In this document: piece by piece, positions 1-11,200 of the stretch
How the letters are laid out: every line of letters starts with the position of its first letter
Position numbering within the stretch: position 1 is the stretch's first letter
DNA from: Phoronis australis
Lineage: Eukaryota > Animalia > Phoronida
Direction: 5' to 3'
Length of the DNA: 64,000 bases
Assembly: GCA_002633005.1 (NCBI GenBank)
Contig: NMRA01000516.1
Coordinates: forward strand, 37,346-101,345
Notes under the pieces: generated by a model
What the model was told of the DNA's origin: nothing
Seen by the model: only the letters and a program-made list of their open reading frames with translations
Database searches by the model: none
Program-made: the position numbers and the translations under genes

Positions 1-32
1 GGGCCCCCTGGGCCCCCCTAAATCCGCCTATG
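1..32. mobile_element. Right end of a GC-rich MITE (..CCCCCCTAAATCCGCCTATG), similar to the element at 1400
   Basis: Terminal motif resembles the CA(G/T)NGGCGGAT-type TIR. Confidence 0.45.
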
Positions 33-837
33 TATTTCACATAAAAATCCCTATAGATGAGCACAGAAACTTTATCGTGTTTCGTATTTTTATCCCTTTC
101 ACTCCTACTAAAAGGCAAGGTAGGCTAAGAAAAAAGGAGAAAAACAAAATCAGCACTTTTCACCCCAAAACCACCAATTCCCTGCCAATGCATGACTAGA
201 GCCAACATTATATTGTGAAGGCAAATTTTCTAACAATTCCGAAAATGTGGTTCAAAAGTACTGTGGACCAACTAATTTTTGGCAATTCTGGCTTGTTTGA
301 GGGCTACCTGACATTGCAGCCAATTTCTCAGTTGCTACTCAACAATGCACAATTGCAACCGGGGCTGCCTATCTTGAAGAAGAGTGCAGCTACAGCCAAG
401 CAAGTGGTCCTTTTCATTCTCAACATGTTCACAAATACACACAAACCACAATTACTGAGCCTACACGCAATGCCTATCTACAAAATGTCCCCAAGCTTGG
501 CCTAGCCCGAATATTTAATATTTTGCCAAACTGGTCAGTGCCACCTAAGTCATGAATCATCTCATTTGCGCTTCTGCGAGGTTACGTGACATCTAGCATT
601 TAAGTTTCCAGCATTCTACTTAGGATTATCAAAAGAGTACCGCGACACGTAGCTGTTTATAATGCGAAACCAAACATTGAGTTGAGAGTTTGTTTTAAAA
701 AGTGATTTAGTGGTACTTAAAATAGTCAAAGACAAAATCTTATCTCAATGCTAATTGGCTTTTCCCAGATGTTGCATAATGGTGATTATCGATTAGACAG
801 CCATTGTTTCATAGTATTTCCACTCTCTCTCCTCTAG

Positions 838-879
838 AAACCAAGAAAACAGGGAACCACATTATTGATGACGTAGACC
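838..879 (+). CDS. Candidate 42-nt N-terminal ferroportin exon (xTKKTGNHIIDDVD); alternatively the last exon of an upstream gene ending ...DREFF*
   Basis: Strong acceptor CTCTCTCTCCTCTAG ending at 837 and a weak donor C|GTGAAT at 880. Phase 1-1 fits the exon at 1738. No homology support. Confidence 0.28.
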
Positions 880-1399
880 GTGAATTCTTCTAGGCATACG
901 TCATTTTCTTTATTGAGTTTTCATTCTTGTTAAAGCATGTGTTCCCTGCCAATGGTAGATGTAAACCAAGTATAGATTCTGCAAGAAAATTTGCTAAAGA
1001 TTGCAAAAGTGGGGGCCAAAAATGATGCCATCCAACTATATTTGTTTGCAATTCTTTGTCTCACAAGCTTCCAACTTTTGAAAGTTGAACCAAAACGGTT
1101 AAGAAACACTGAAAACAAGTAATTATAAGCGTTTCTATGCCAGAGCTCCGAATTATCCTCTTTTAAGAGGATTTCCTCTTTTTTGTTTCAATTTCCTCTT
1201 ATCCGATTCCTATTTTCCTCTTTCTTCATCTTTTTTATCATTATTTTGACTTTATTCATGCAAAAAAACCCTGTTTCTTGCAGTTAAATTTTACAATGCA
1301 AAAAACATTTCTCTCTCATGTGCCTGCTTATTTTTTGAACGATACATCACCTGCAAAATTTTCCTCTTTTTTGTCACGGGTCATCCTAAGCCTTGGTAT

Positions 1400-1560
1400 C
1401 AGTGGCGGTTTTAGAGGGGGGCCAACGGGGCCATGGCCCCCCCCCCTAAAAGTTTCCCAGATTCCATTAGGCAGTTCAAAGGTGCGAATGTCTGACGGGC
1501 AAAATCCTGGCTAATATGCTGCCCTGGCTCCCCTAACTCAAAATCCTGGATCCGCCCCTG
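1400..1560. mobile_element. 161-bp MITE (hAT-like CAG termini)
   Basis: TIRs CAGTGGCGGTTTTAG / CTGGATCCGCCCCTG; GGTAT duplicated on both flanks (1395-1399, 1561-1565). Confidence 0.7.
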
Positions 1561-1737
1561 GGTATGTGCTTCTTAGTTTTAAATACGACAAGCAAAATTT
1601 GCACAATGAGAGGCATACTGCAGCTTAGCTTGTGCCAAAATCTACTCTACACACACACCAGATTCTGACGGATATTCATCAAAATGTCGTCTAATATGTT
1701 ACACAGCTTGAGTATTAACTACACTTTCTACCTTTAG

Positions 1738-1808
1738 GTGGTCGATGTCTCGCCTGGTTGCATAGTATCAACTTCTATGTATATTGTAGTCACACACTGT
1801 CAGCTTGG
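1738..1808 (+). CDS. SLC40A1: Ferroportin exon (equivalent to human exon 2): [23 protein letters not shown]
   Basis: cctttag| acceptor, TGG|gtaagt donor; matches FLLYLGHSLSTW of vertebrate ferroportin. Too short for the ORF track. Confidence 0.92.
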
Positions 1809-4800
1809 GTAAGTAGAATGTATATCAGTTACACCAGTAATGCTGTCCTTTGTGTTGTCGCTTTGTTCCAAAAGGGGATTCTACTGAGTTGGAAGTAGAA
1901 CTGATATGGGCTATATCTTCAAATTTAGGAAATGGCTTGTATTTACAGTACTTACAGAAAAAGAAAAGCAAGTTGACTAAGAGGTAATCATAACCTGTCA
2001 TCTTAGATATCATTGTAAACTGGCTGATTCACAAATGATCAAGTTTTTAACAGTTGTAGCAATGCCTTCATGTTCCAAGGTTATTTTCAGTTCAGTTCAT
2101 TCTTTAAAAATTAATATAGCAAATCTCAACCATCTTTGCATAGTGCTGTATGTAACAATTGTTAAGCCTAGTTGTTGAGCCAATGGGACATGTATTTGTT
2201 GTGCCTTTATAAAGAAATGTGTGACTTCCTTTTGGCGTAATTACTTGAAAGAGAGATTGTTGGTTAAATTCAATACACAAGCTTTAAAACGTGATGTTTT
2301 CACCAGGAAAGAAACTGAAACTATACTTTTTGATAAATCCTTTTTCTTTAAGGCTTTTAAACATGTATAAAACTAGCAGAAAAAAAATTTAGAAGTGTCC
2401 AGCTTCTTGAAATTGAACCTATCAACAGTTGACATATTGTCAACGATTGGATGAGTGAGACAATAGCATCCCATATTGGATGAGTGAGACAACAGCATCC
2501 CATATTGGATGAGTGAGACAATAGCATCCCATATTGGATGAGTGAGACAATAGCATCCCATATTGGATGAGTGAGACAGTAGCATCCCATATTGGATGAG
2601 TGAGACAGTAGCATCCCATATTGGATGAGTGAGACAGTAGCATCCCATATTGGATGAGTGAGACAGTAGCATCCCATATTGGATGAGTGAGACAGTAGCA
2701 TCCCATATTGGATGAGTGAGACAGTAGCATCCCATATTGGATGAGTGAGACAGTAGCATCCNATTGGACGAGTGAGACAATAGCATCCCATATTGGACGA
2801 GTGAGACAATAGCATCCCATATTGGACGAGTGAGACAATAGCATCCCATATTGGACGAGTGAGACAATAGCATCCCATATTGGACGAGTGAGACAATAGC
2901 ATCCCATATTGGATGTTGTTGCCCATGAATCTTCATGAATCAAGTTATAGATATACTGTTCGGGATTTAGCAAAGATGTGCAGGCTATAAGTTTCTGACC
3001 ATGGTTTGAATTTACCCAACTTCACTCTCACCATGGTTTGAGACCATCCAACTTCACTCTCACCATGGTTTGAGACTGTCCAACTTCACTGTCCATCATT
3101 TGAGACTATCCAAGCTCACTCTGACCATGGTTTGAGACCATCCAACTTCCCTCTGATCGTGGTTTGAGACCATCCAACTTCACTCTGACCATGGTTTGAG
3201 ACCACCCAACTTCACTCTGACCATGGTTTGAGACCACCCAACATCACTCTGACCATGGTTTGAGACCATCCAAGTTCTCACTGTCCATGGTTTGAGACCA
3301 CCCAACTTCACTCTGACCATGGTTTGACACCATCCAACTTCACACTGACCATGGTTTGAGACCACCCAACTTCACACTGACCATAGTTTGACACCATCCA
3401 ACTTCACTCGAAACTCCACTGGATTACTGGTCAACATGTCACATGTAAACTTTGGAATTAAATGCAAGATGAATGGTCATATTTCATTCGAGTTGTAATG
3501 AAAGTTTTGTTATCTGGCGTTCAAAAGTTATTTTGTTCTGAATAATAACTTGTTGTTTCCATTTTTGTTCAGTTGTTGCTCTTTTTCCAGGGTGACCGTA
3601 TGTGGTGGTTTGCAGTGGGCCTGTTCCTGTTCAAGCTGGAGGAAGATACACTCCAGCTGACGGCTATCTATAGCTTCACTATTTGTTCATCCATCCTTCT
3701 GCTTGGCTCTCTCATCGGAAGCTGGGTTGACAAATACCCACGTCTTAGAGGTTTGTTATTGCACTCTCAAATTGTGTTTTATTATGGCATTTTTGTGTCT
3801 GTTATTTTGAATGTCATGATTGTGACAAAGTATCACATTGACTCTATTAATGCATTCATTCAGGCATTAAATCTAATGTTCTACTACAATATCCACAAGG
3901 GAGAGATAATTGCTTTTTCTGAATCAGCAGTTTTAATAGCTATAAATTGTAGATATGTTGAAACAGATTGCCACAAGCACCGTTGACCATTCAGGGCTGG
4001 ATGTGGCGACCTATTAGTCATCAATGACACCATAAAGTCCCCAAGCACTAATCCAATCACACAATCAAAATACTACTGGAATTAAACAAACGGAAGTCGG
4101 AATTGACCAGCAAAAATCGAAATTACCTGACCTTGTTTGTCTGGCCCAAAAGAGGCGTCGCTACACGGAAAATTGAACTCAAAAGGGATCATCAATGAGT
4201 ATGCCCGATGCTGCTTGTTTTTCATTCAAGCAAAGTAAATGCCGACTGATGGACATTGCTGAGTTAGCCAGCTTCTCTTTTCAGACATCTTGTTCATTTT
4301 AATGTTGGCGACCTGAGTTCCCATTTGGTGGCCTGACAAGTTTGCCTGGTCACATTTGGTGAGTTGATGTTATGCTAAGCATGAAGCCCTGCCATTGTAT
4401 TATCACTGGCACTGAACTTGAAAGCGAGACAATTCCAGCCTATCTCAACAGCTCTGTATGTACTGTAGCTAAACATGGTGGGTGGCACAAAAAGTCTTCT
4501 GTCAATGTTACTCATCGACATTCCTGTTCCAGTCTCTCACAATTATAATTTTTGTTTTCTTTTCAGTGGCCCAGATAGCGTTAGTTGTCCAGAACTCTGC
4601 GGTTATCTTATCAGCAGTCATCCTTTGTCTCATCTTTTCCTTCAAGCAGTTTCTCTACTCCTCCTGGAATGGCTGGCTGGCAACACTGTCCCATGTACTT
4701 ATCATTCTTGTAGCAGACATTGCACGCATGGGCTCCGTGGCTAGCTCAGTGGCCATACAGAAAGACTGGGTAGTTGTTATCTGCCGTGGAAATAAAACAC

Positions 4801-7800
4801 GCTTAGCAAGTGAGTTCAGCAGCGNTTGTGACAAAGTATCACATTGACTCTATTAATGCATTCATTCAGGCATTAAATCTAATGTTCTACTACAATATCC
4901 ACAAGGGAGAGATAATTGCTTTTTCTGAATCAGCAGTTTTAATAGCTATAAATTGTAGATATGTTGAAACAGATGGCCACAAGCACCGTTGACCATTCAG
5001 GGCTGGATGTGGCGACCTATTAGTCATCAATGACACCATAAAGTCCCCAAGCACTAATCCAATCACACAATCAAAATACTACTCGAAGTAAACAAACGGA
5101 AGTCGGAACTGACCAGCAAAAATCGAAATTACCTGACCTTGTTTGTCTGGCCCAAAAGAGGCGTCGCTACACGGAAAATTGAACTCAAAAGGGATCATCA
5201 ATGAGCATGCCCGATGCTGCTTGTTTTTCACTCAAGCAAAGTAAATGCCGACTGATGGACATTGCTGAGTTAGCCAGCTTCTCTCTTCAGAAATCTCGTT
5301 CATTTTAATGTTGGCAACCTGAGTTCCCATTTGGTGGCCTGACAAGTTTGCCTGGTCACATTTGGTGAGTTGATATTATGCTAAGCATGAAGCCCTGCCA
5401 TTGTATTATTACTGACACGGAACTTGAAAGCGAGACAATTTCAGCCTATCTCAACAGCTCTGTATGTACTGTAGCTAAACATGGTGGGTGGCACAAAAGT
5501 CTTCTGTCAATGTTACTCATCAACATTCCTGTTCCAGTCTCTCACAATTATAATTTTTGTTTTCTTTTCAGTGGCCCAGGTAGCGTTAGTTGTCCAGAAC
5601 TCTGCGGTTATCTTATCAGCAGTCATCCTTTGTCTCATCTTTTCCTTCAAGCAGTTTCTCTACTCCTCCTGGAATGGCTGGCTGGCCACATTGTCCCATG
5701 TACTTATCATTCTTGTAGCAGACATTGCACGCATGGGCTCCGTGGCTAGCTCAGTGGCCATACAGAAAGACTGGGTAGTTGTTATCTGCCGTGGAAATAA
5801 AACACGCTTAGCAAGTGAGTTCAGCAGCGATAATGTACTGGGAAGAGTGGATTGTTAGTGAGGCCCAGGTAAAAAAAAATCACCATTTGCTGTAAGGCCA
5901 TTTTTATTTTTAACTAAAATGCAAATTATGCTTTTCAAGAACGCCAAAATTCACATATTAACAGACAAATAGCATGTTAATAATAAGCCCTGCCCTTTTC
6001 AAGATTCTACATTCAATAGTTCTTCAGATATGCCATTGCAGATAGTGCTCTGAAGCCAGTTTACATAATCCTCACGAATTGGCAGGTCTAGCTACTGAAT
6101 CAATGCGTGGTGGCGCTGTTCAATGAAATAAAATAACATTTTTCATTGGCCTTGTGCTGTGCAAAAGTGCATTTTTAGCCAATAAATATTGTAACCTCTG
6201 TGGAGTTTGCTAAAGCGTTCTCGGTGGGATTTTGATCATGGTCAAAATGGGAAAGTTTTATTCAAAATTCTATTGTCACTTCTTCCCATTTTTTGATGCG
6301 CGACTGAGGTGTTATTGTTTAGGCATTTATGATTATTTTCACATTATTTTTGACAATACGTTTGCGATACTATTTAAGCACAGAGTTTAAACCTAGAGAG
6401 GTTGATCAGCTGATTTCCAATATGTAGGAGTTTTACACACGATTTGCGTGTTAGCAATTTATGCAACAAACATGATACACAGAGTAGTAACATTGGCTAT
6501 TGTTTGTTTTCAACATGATACACAGAGTAGTTACAGTGGCTATTGTTCGTTTTCAACATGAGTTACAGTTGCTATTGTTTATTGTAAACAGAAATTTTAA
6601 CATGTCTCACTTACCTTAACAAATTTGATTTATGGACATAAGGATGACCTTCAGTAGAGGAATGCCGGGGGTTCTCCGAACTATGGGGGAAATTGTACAT
6701 TTTAACCATTTAAATTAACTGGTAGTCCTGAGAACCAGTTACTTTCACTGAATGATGGTCGTTATTCAGTGAACGTAAGTCATTTTAGTAACTTTCGGTT
6801 AACTTGGGTGGCTAATATGCACGATTACCCTATGGTGTACTACCAGGGTACTGGTGCCAGTTTGCGATATGGTATCAATCTATAACATTTCTTCTGGACT
6901 GATTAAATGTCAAACTCTGTAAATATATATTCTTTATTGTTTTGTGTAATTTAAATACCCTTTATGTGTGTTGTCAAGTCAGCATTTGGTTCGGTTAAAT
7001 ATTTTTTGCATTACAATGCGCCGAAAATGGATTTCGGTGTTTTTTCGAAAAAAGAATCTTGACCCTATTTGCTGATAAAAATGGTGTTCAGCATAATTTT
7101 CCAGAGAAACGTTTTTATTTCAAGTTTTGAACTCACTCATAATTTTACTCAAAAAGTGTAAAAAATGGCTTTAATTTTTAAATATCACCCAAGTTGATGA
7201 ACTTGGTCCATTTTCGACAATTACAAAAACTGGTAATGAAGCAATTTTTGATCTGTCATTTGAAAAAATTATCCGAGATAGAACCTTGAAACTTTCGAGA
7301 CGGTGTTACTATGGCTCCTGTTCACTGGGTACTTGTGGTGCGTAATTTGTATTTTAGATCAAGTTAAAAATGGCCTTGGAGCAAATTACGATTTTTTTAT
7401 CTGGGCCTCACTAGGATTGCGTGGGAGTTTGTTTTTTGGAATGGTTTAAAGCTCTTGTGTCAGAAAACAATTTTTGAATTGCTTTAAAATTATAAAGTTG
7501 GCCTCAACTTGTTACTCATTCAGATTATAAGTGTTTTTATGCAAGCACATATACATAATTATACATAATTTATATAATGTATATGTATGTATTTTATATA
7601 CATTTAGTACATTCGTTCGTTTGTTTGTGCGTGCGTGCGTTCATGCATTCATGCATGGTTAAATACATGACACTTGTCGTTGTTAACAATCTTTCGTCCA
7701 TTCTGTTGGTATCCTCGGAACAAAGTTCGACACTCAACAGAACATTGGTAAAGCCCTTCCATTTGTCATTCTTTGCAGTATTTCACACCTGCCGTGTACC

Positions 7801-8237
7801 ACTGTGTGTGTCTCTAGCTTTTGCTCTGTGGTGGTATTACTGCGTTATTTTATTTCCACTGTAGAATGAAACGAGTATGTTTTGAAATATCGTGTGTCTT
7901 TTAATCATGTCTTTTGGTCAGTTGCTTTACCAATGTTCTGTTCAGTGTCGAACTTTGCTGGGAAGATACAAACGTAACGTGATAAAGATTGTTAGCAACA
8001 AGAAGTGTCATTTATTTAACCAACTTTGCATGTGTGTGTGTGTGTGCGTGCGTGGGTGTGTGTGTAATGCTCGCATGTTGTCACTTTGTCTGCGCTTCTG
8101 ACTGTCCACTTGATTTCTCAGAAATTCCTGGCCAGATTTTGATGAAATTTGGCATCACTAGAACGATTCATGCCATTTTTCATTCTGACCTACCCCATGA
8201 GGTCGGGGCGTGTCTTTTTATGCGCCCACACACATGT

Positions 8238-8287
<50 letters not shown>

Positions 8288-11200
8288 TTGGTCACGTTTT
8301 GTCATCACTTTCTGCATGCGTCCAGTGTTCCATTTGTCTGGGTGTCCGCTCGTTATCTCAAAAACCCTTGATCGTATTTTCATGAAAGTTGGCCCAAGGA
8401 TGTGGGGAATCACTAGAACGGTTCAGGCCACTTTTCACTCTGCTCTGGGGTCAGGAGTCATGGCTTTTTCAATATTTTTTGGGGAAGAGCGTTTCCCGAT
8501 GACATCCAGAGAACAGATTGACAAATTTCAATGAAACTTGACACAGAAGTGTTTGTTATCTAATTTTTGGGTGCCGACCACTGCAGCACCTCCTAGTGGT
8601 CGTTTTATTCTTGACATGGGGGCTTTTCAAGTGTTGTTTTGGGAGGAAGAGCGTTTCCGGGTGATCTAGGGAACCAATTGGCAGATTTCAATGAAACTTG
8701 ACGCAGAGATTTATCATGTGTATACACCTACAACATTTGATTTTCGAGCGGATTGGAGAACTGCACTGCCTCCTAGTGGCCATTTTGTTTGAGAGTGTTT
8801 CTGGATGATATGTAGAGAACCAAGTGAAGGATTTCAATGAAAGTTGCACAGAGGTTTGCAATGTCAATTCGCTGGTACTATTAAATTTCGAGCGGATTGG
8901 ACTACTGCAGCACCTCCTATTGGCCATTTTGTTCTCAACAAGGGGTTTTCAGGTATTTTTTGTGGGAAGAGTGTTTCCAGATGATATTTAAAGAAGCGAT
9001 TGACGGATTTCGTAGAAACTTGACACAGTGTATGTGATGAGATTGTGTCGGCACTGTTAGATTTTCTGGTGGATTCAACCACTGCAGCACCTCCTAGTGG
9101 CCATTTTGCTTGAGAGCGTTTCTGGATGATATGTAAAGAAGCGAGTGAAGGATTTCAATGAAAGATGACACAGAAGTTGTGATGACAATGTGGCTGCATC
9201 GTTTTGTTTTGGTGCTGATTCCACTACTGCAGCACCTCTTATTGACCCTTAGGAACATATCATATGCGATGCATTGTGGGTACATGTCAAGGCTCCAGCG
9301 TTGATCTTGGTGTTATTGCTCATGAAGTTGGGTATGCAAGGCTTGTAATTTTGTGCATCAAAAGCAGTACGCTTGGAAAGATATTGGTTAAAAGTTCTGT
9401 CAGACCGTAATTACATGGTATATATTATATTTAACGTAATTACATGGTATAAATTAATATAACGTAATTACATGGTATATATTAATATAACGTAATTACA
9501 TGGTATATATTAATATAACGTAATTACATGGTATATATTAATATAACGTAATTACATGGTATATATTAATATAACGTAATTACATGGTATATATTAATTT
9601 AACGTAATTACATGGCATATATTAATGTACAACTTATGTCATGTGTATCCAGGTTACAGCCCATGACATTTTAATTGAGAAGCTAAAAAAATAATGAATT
9701 GAACATTTCTGCGAAGGGTGAGTTCTGATTAATGCTTAAGGAGTTGGAATTATTTATGTCAGCCTTTTTACGTGAAGACTTAGAGAAAATGTGATGAGCC
9801 ATGTGTAGGCAATAAGCGTGATGATTATAGTCATTTCTTGGGCCTGTGCTACATGTGTTAATATAATATAGTCATTTCTTGGGCCTGTGCTACATGTGTT
9901 AATATAATAATACTGCAGCCATGTGTGATGAGATGTACTATCACTCATTTGATGTACTTCCAGATTTGAATGCTGTGATGCGCCGCATTGATCTCTTGAC
10001 TAACATCCTGGCACCTATAGTGACAGGTCAGATAATGACCTATGGATCCATGTTTGGTGGTGCTCTATTTATAGCTGGTTGGAACCTTGTCTCTGTCTTC
10101 ATTGAATATTATCTGTTGTGGAAGGTCTACCAAAATGTGCCTTTGTTGGCAACTAAAGGGATGCCTACACTCCAAGGTATGTTTGGTGTCACATTGTTGT
10201 TAACCTAGTCCTCTTGTGGTCCCTAGGAGGTGTATGAGGCTTACGGGGAAGTGTGGCTGAGAATTAGCTATGTTTTCTTTTTGTGACACTTCCAAGATGT
10301 CAATTAAGGAATCCTGTTTTTGATGTGAAATAACACTTTCAAGATGTCTTTCTCAATTAATTCTGTTTTTGATGTGTAAACTGATGTCTGTCACGACCTA
10401 AGTGGGCGGTGCAATGAACAAATATTGTTTTGATGTAGATTACACTGGCTGGATATTCTTATGAAATCTGGTGATCCCTTTACCTTAAGCATAAAGCATG
10501 ATGGTAGCCTTGGTACAAAGCTGTATAAAGCATGGTAGCCTTGGTACAAAGCTGTATATAATTATACAGCTTTGCACCGATGCGGGTAAAAAAGTGGTAA
10601 GATAAAATCTGACACAAAATTAGTGTCATTAAAAACTACAGCCTTCCTTGAGTAAATTAAATTATTTATCGGTGTTGGCAAAAATGGCGTTCTACTGTTA
10701 TTGTGCTGCTAAAGTTGTGGAGCGATCTTTAGTGACAGCCTTCGGCGTCACCTATTGGCCAGTTTCTTTTTTCGCCGATTCTTCAATCAAGTGTTGTTCT
10801 TTCACAAGGTTGCATACACGTCGCAAAAAATTATCAGAACTGGTTTCACTTCATTAAAAGTTTTTAGAATTTTGGTACCGAAAAATCGAATTTCAGAAGA
10901 AATTTTGTTGCTGCGAAGCTATCATCTCCCGAGAGATGTCGCAAAAATTTAGGAAATGGCGCGAGCGTGTGACACGAGCGTACTGTTTTCAAAACGACAA
11001 AATACTTATCATTGTTAGAAAAGGCAGAGAGTTACGCCAGAAAATGACGTTTATTGCATTGTTTTTCACTTAAACGGCTGTAACGGGCAAGGTGAGTGTC
11101 GGTTGACTCCCAGATTTTGCATGCACACCGTCCAGTTTTTAGCTTTACATGTTGATACAAGTTTCACGGCGCGGTGACGAGCAGAACTACACTGGCTGCG

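Larger units (their letters stand above)
3820..5829. repeat. ~1-kb direct duplication (3820-4824 / 4826-5829) split by a single N; probably an uncollapsed haplotype overlap
   Basis: Near-identical copies with scattered SNPs; the junction is exactly the N at 4825. Confidence 0.85.

Noticed and set aside
380-545. Possible 5' iron-responsive element for ferroportin (CAGCTACAGCCAAGC at about 387; CAGTGC at 536)
   Set aside because: The first lacks the CAGUGN loop and the second lacks a 5-bp upper stem. The true 5' UTR may lie outside the window.
2447-3410. 30-31-bp repeats of CRISPR-like length and their 177-189-aa ORFs
   Set aside because: Head-to-tail units with no unique spacers, no cas genes, and a eukaryotic intron context. 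The ORFs are stop-free repeat translations.
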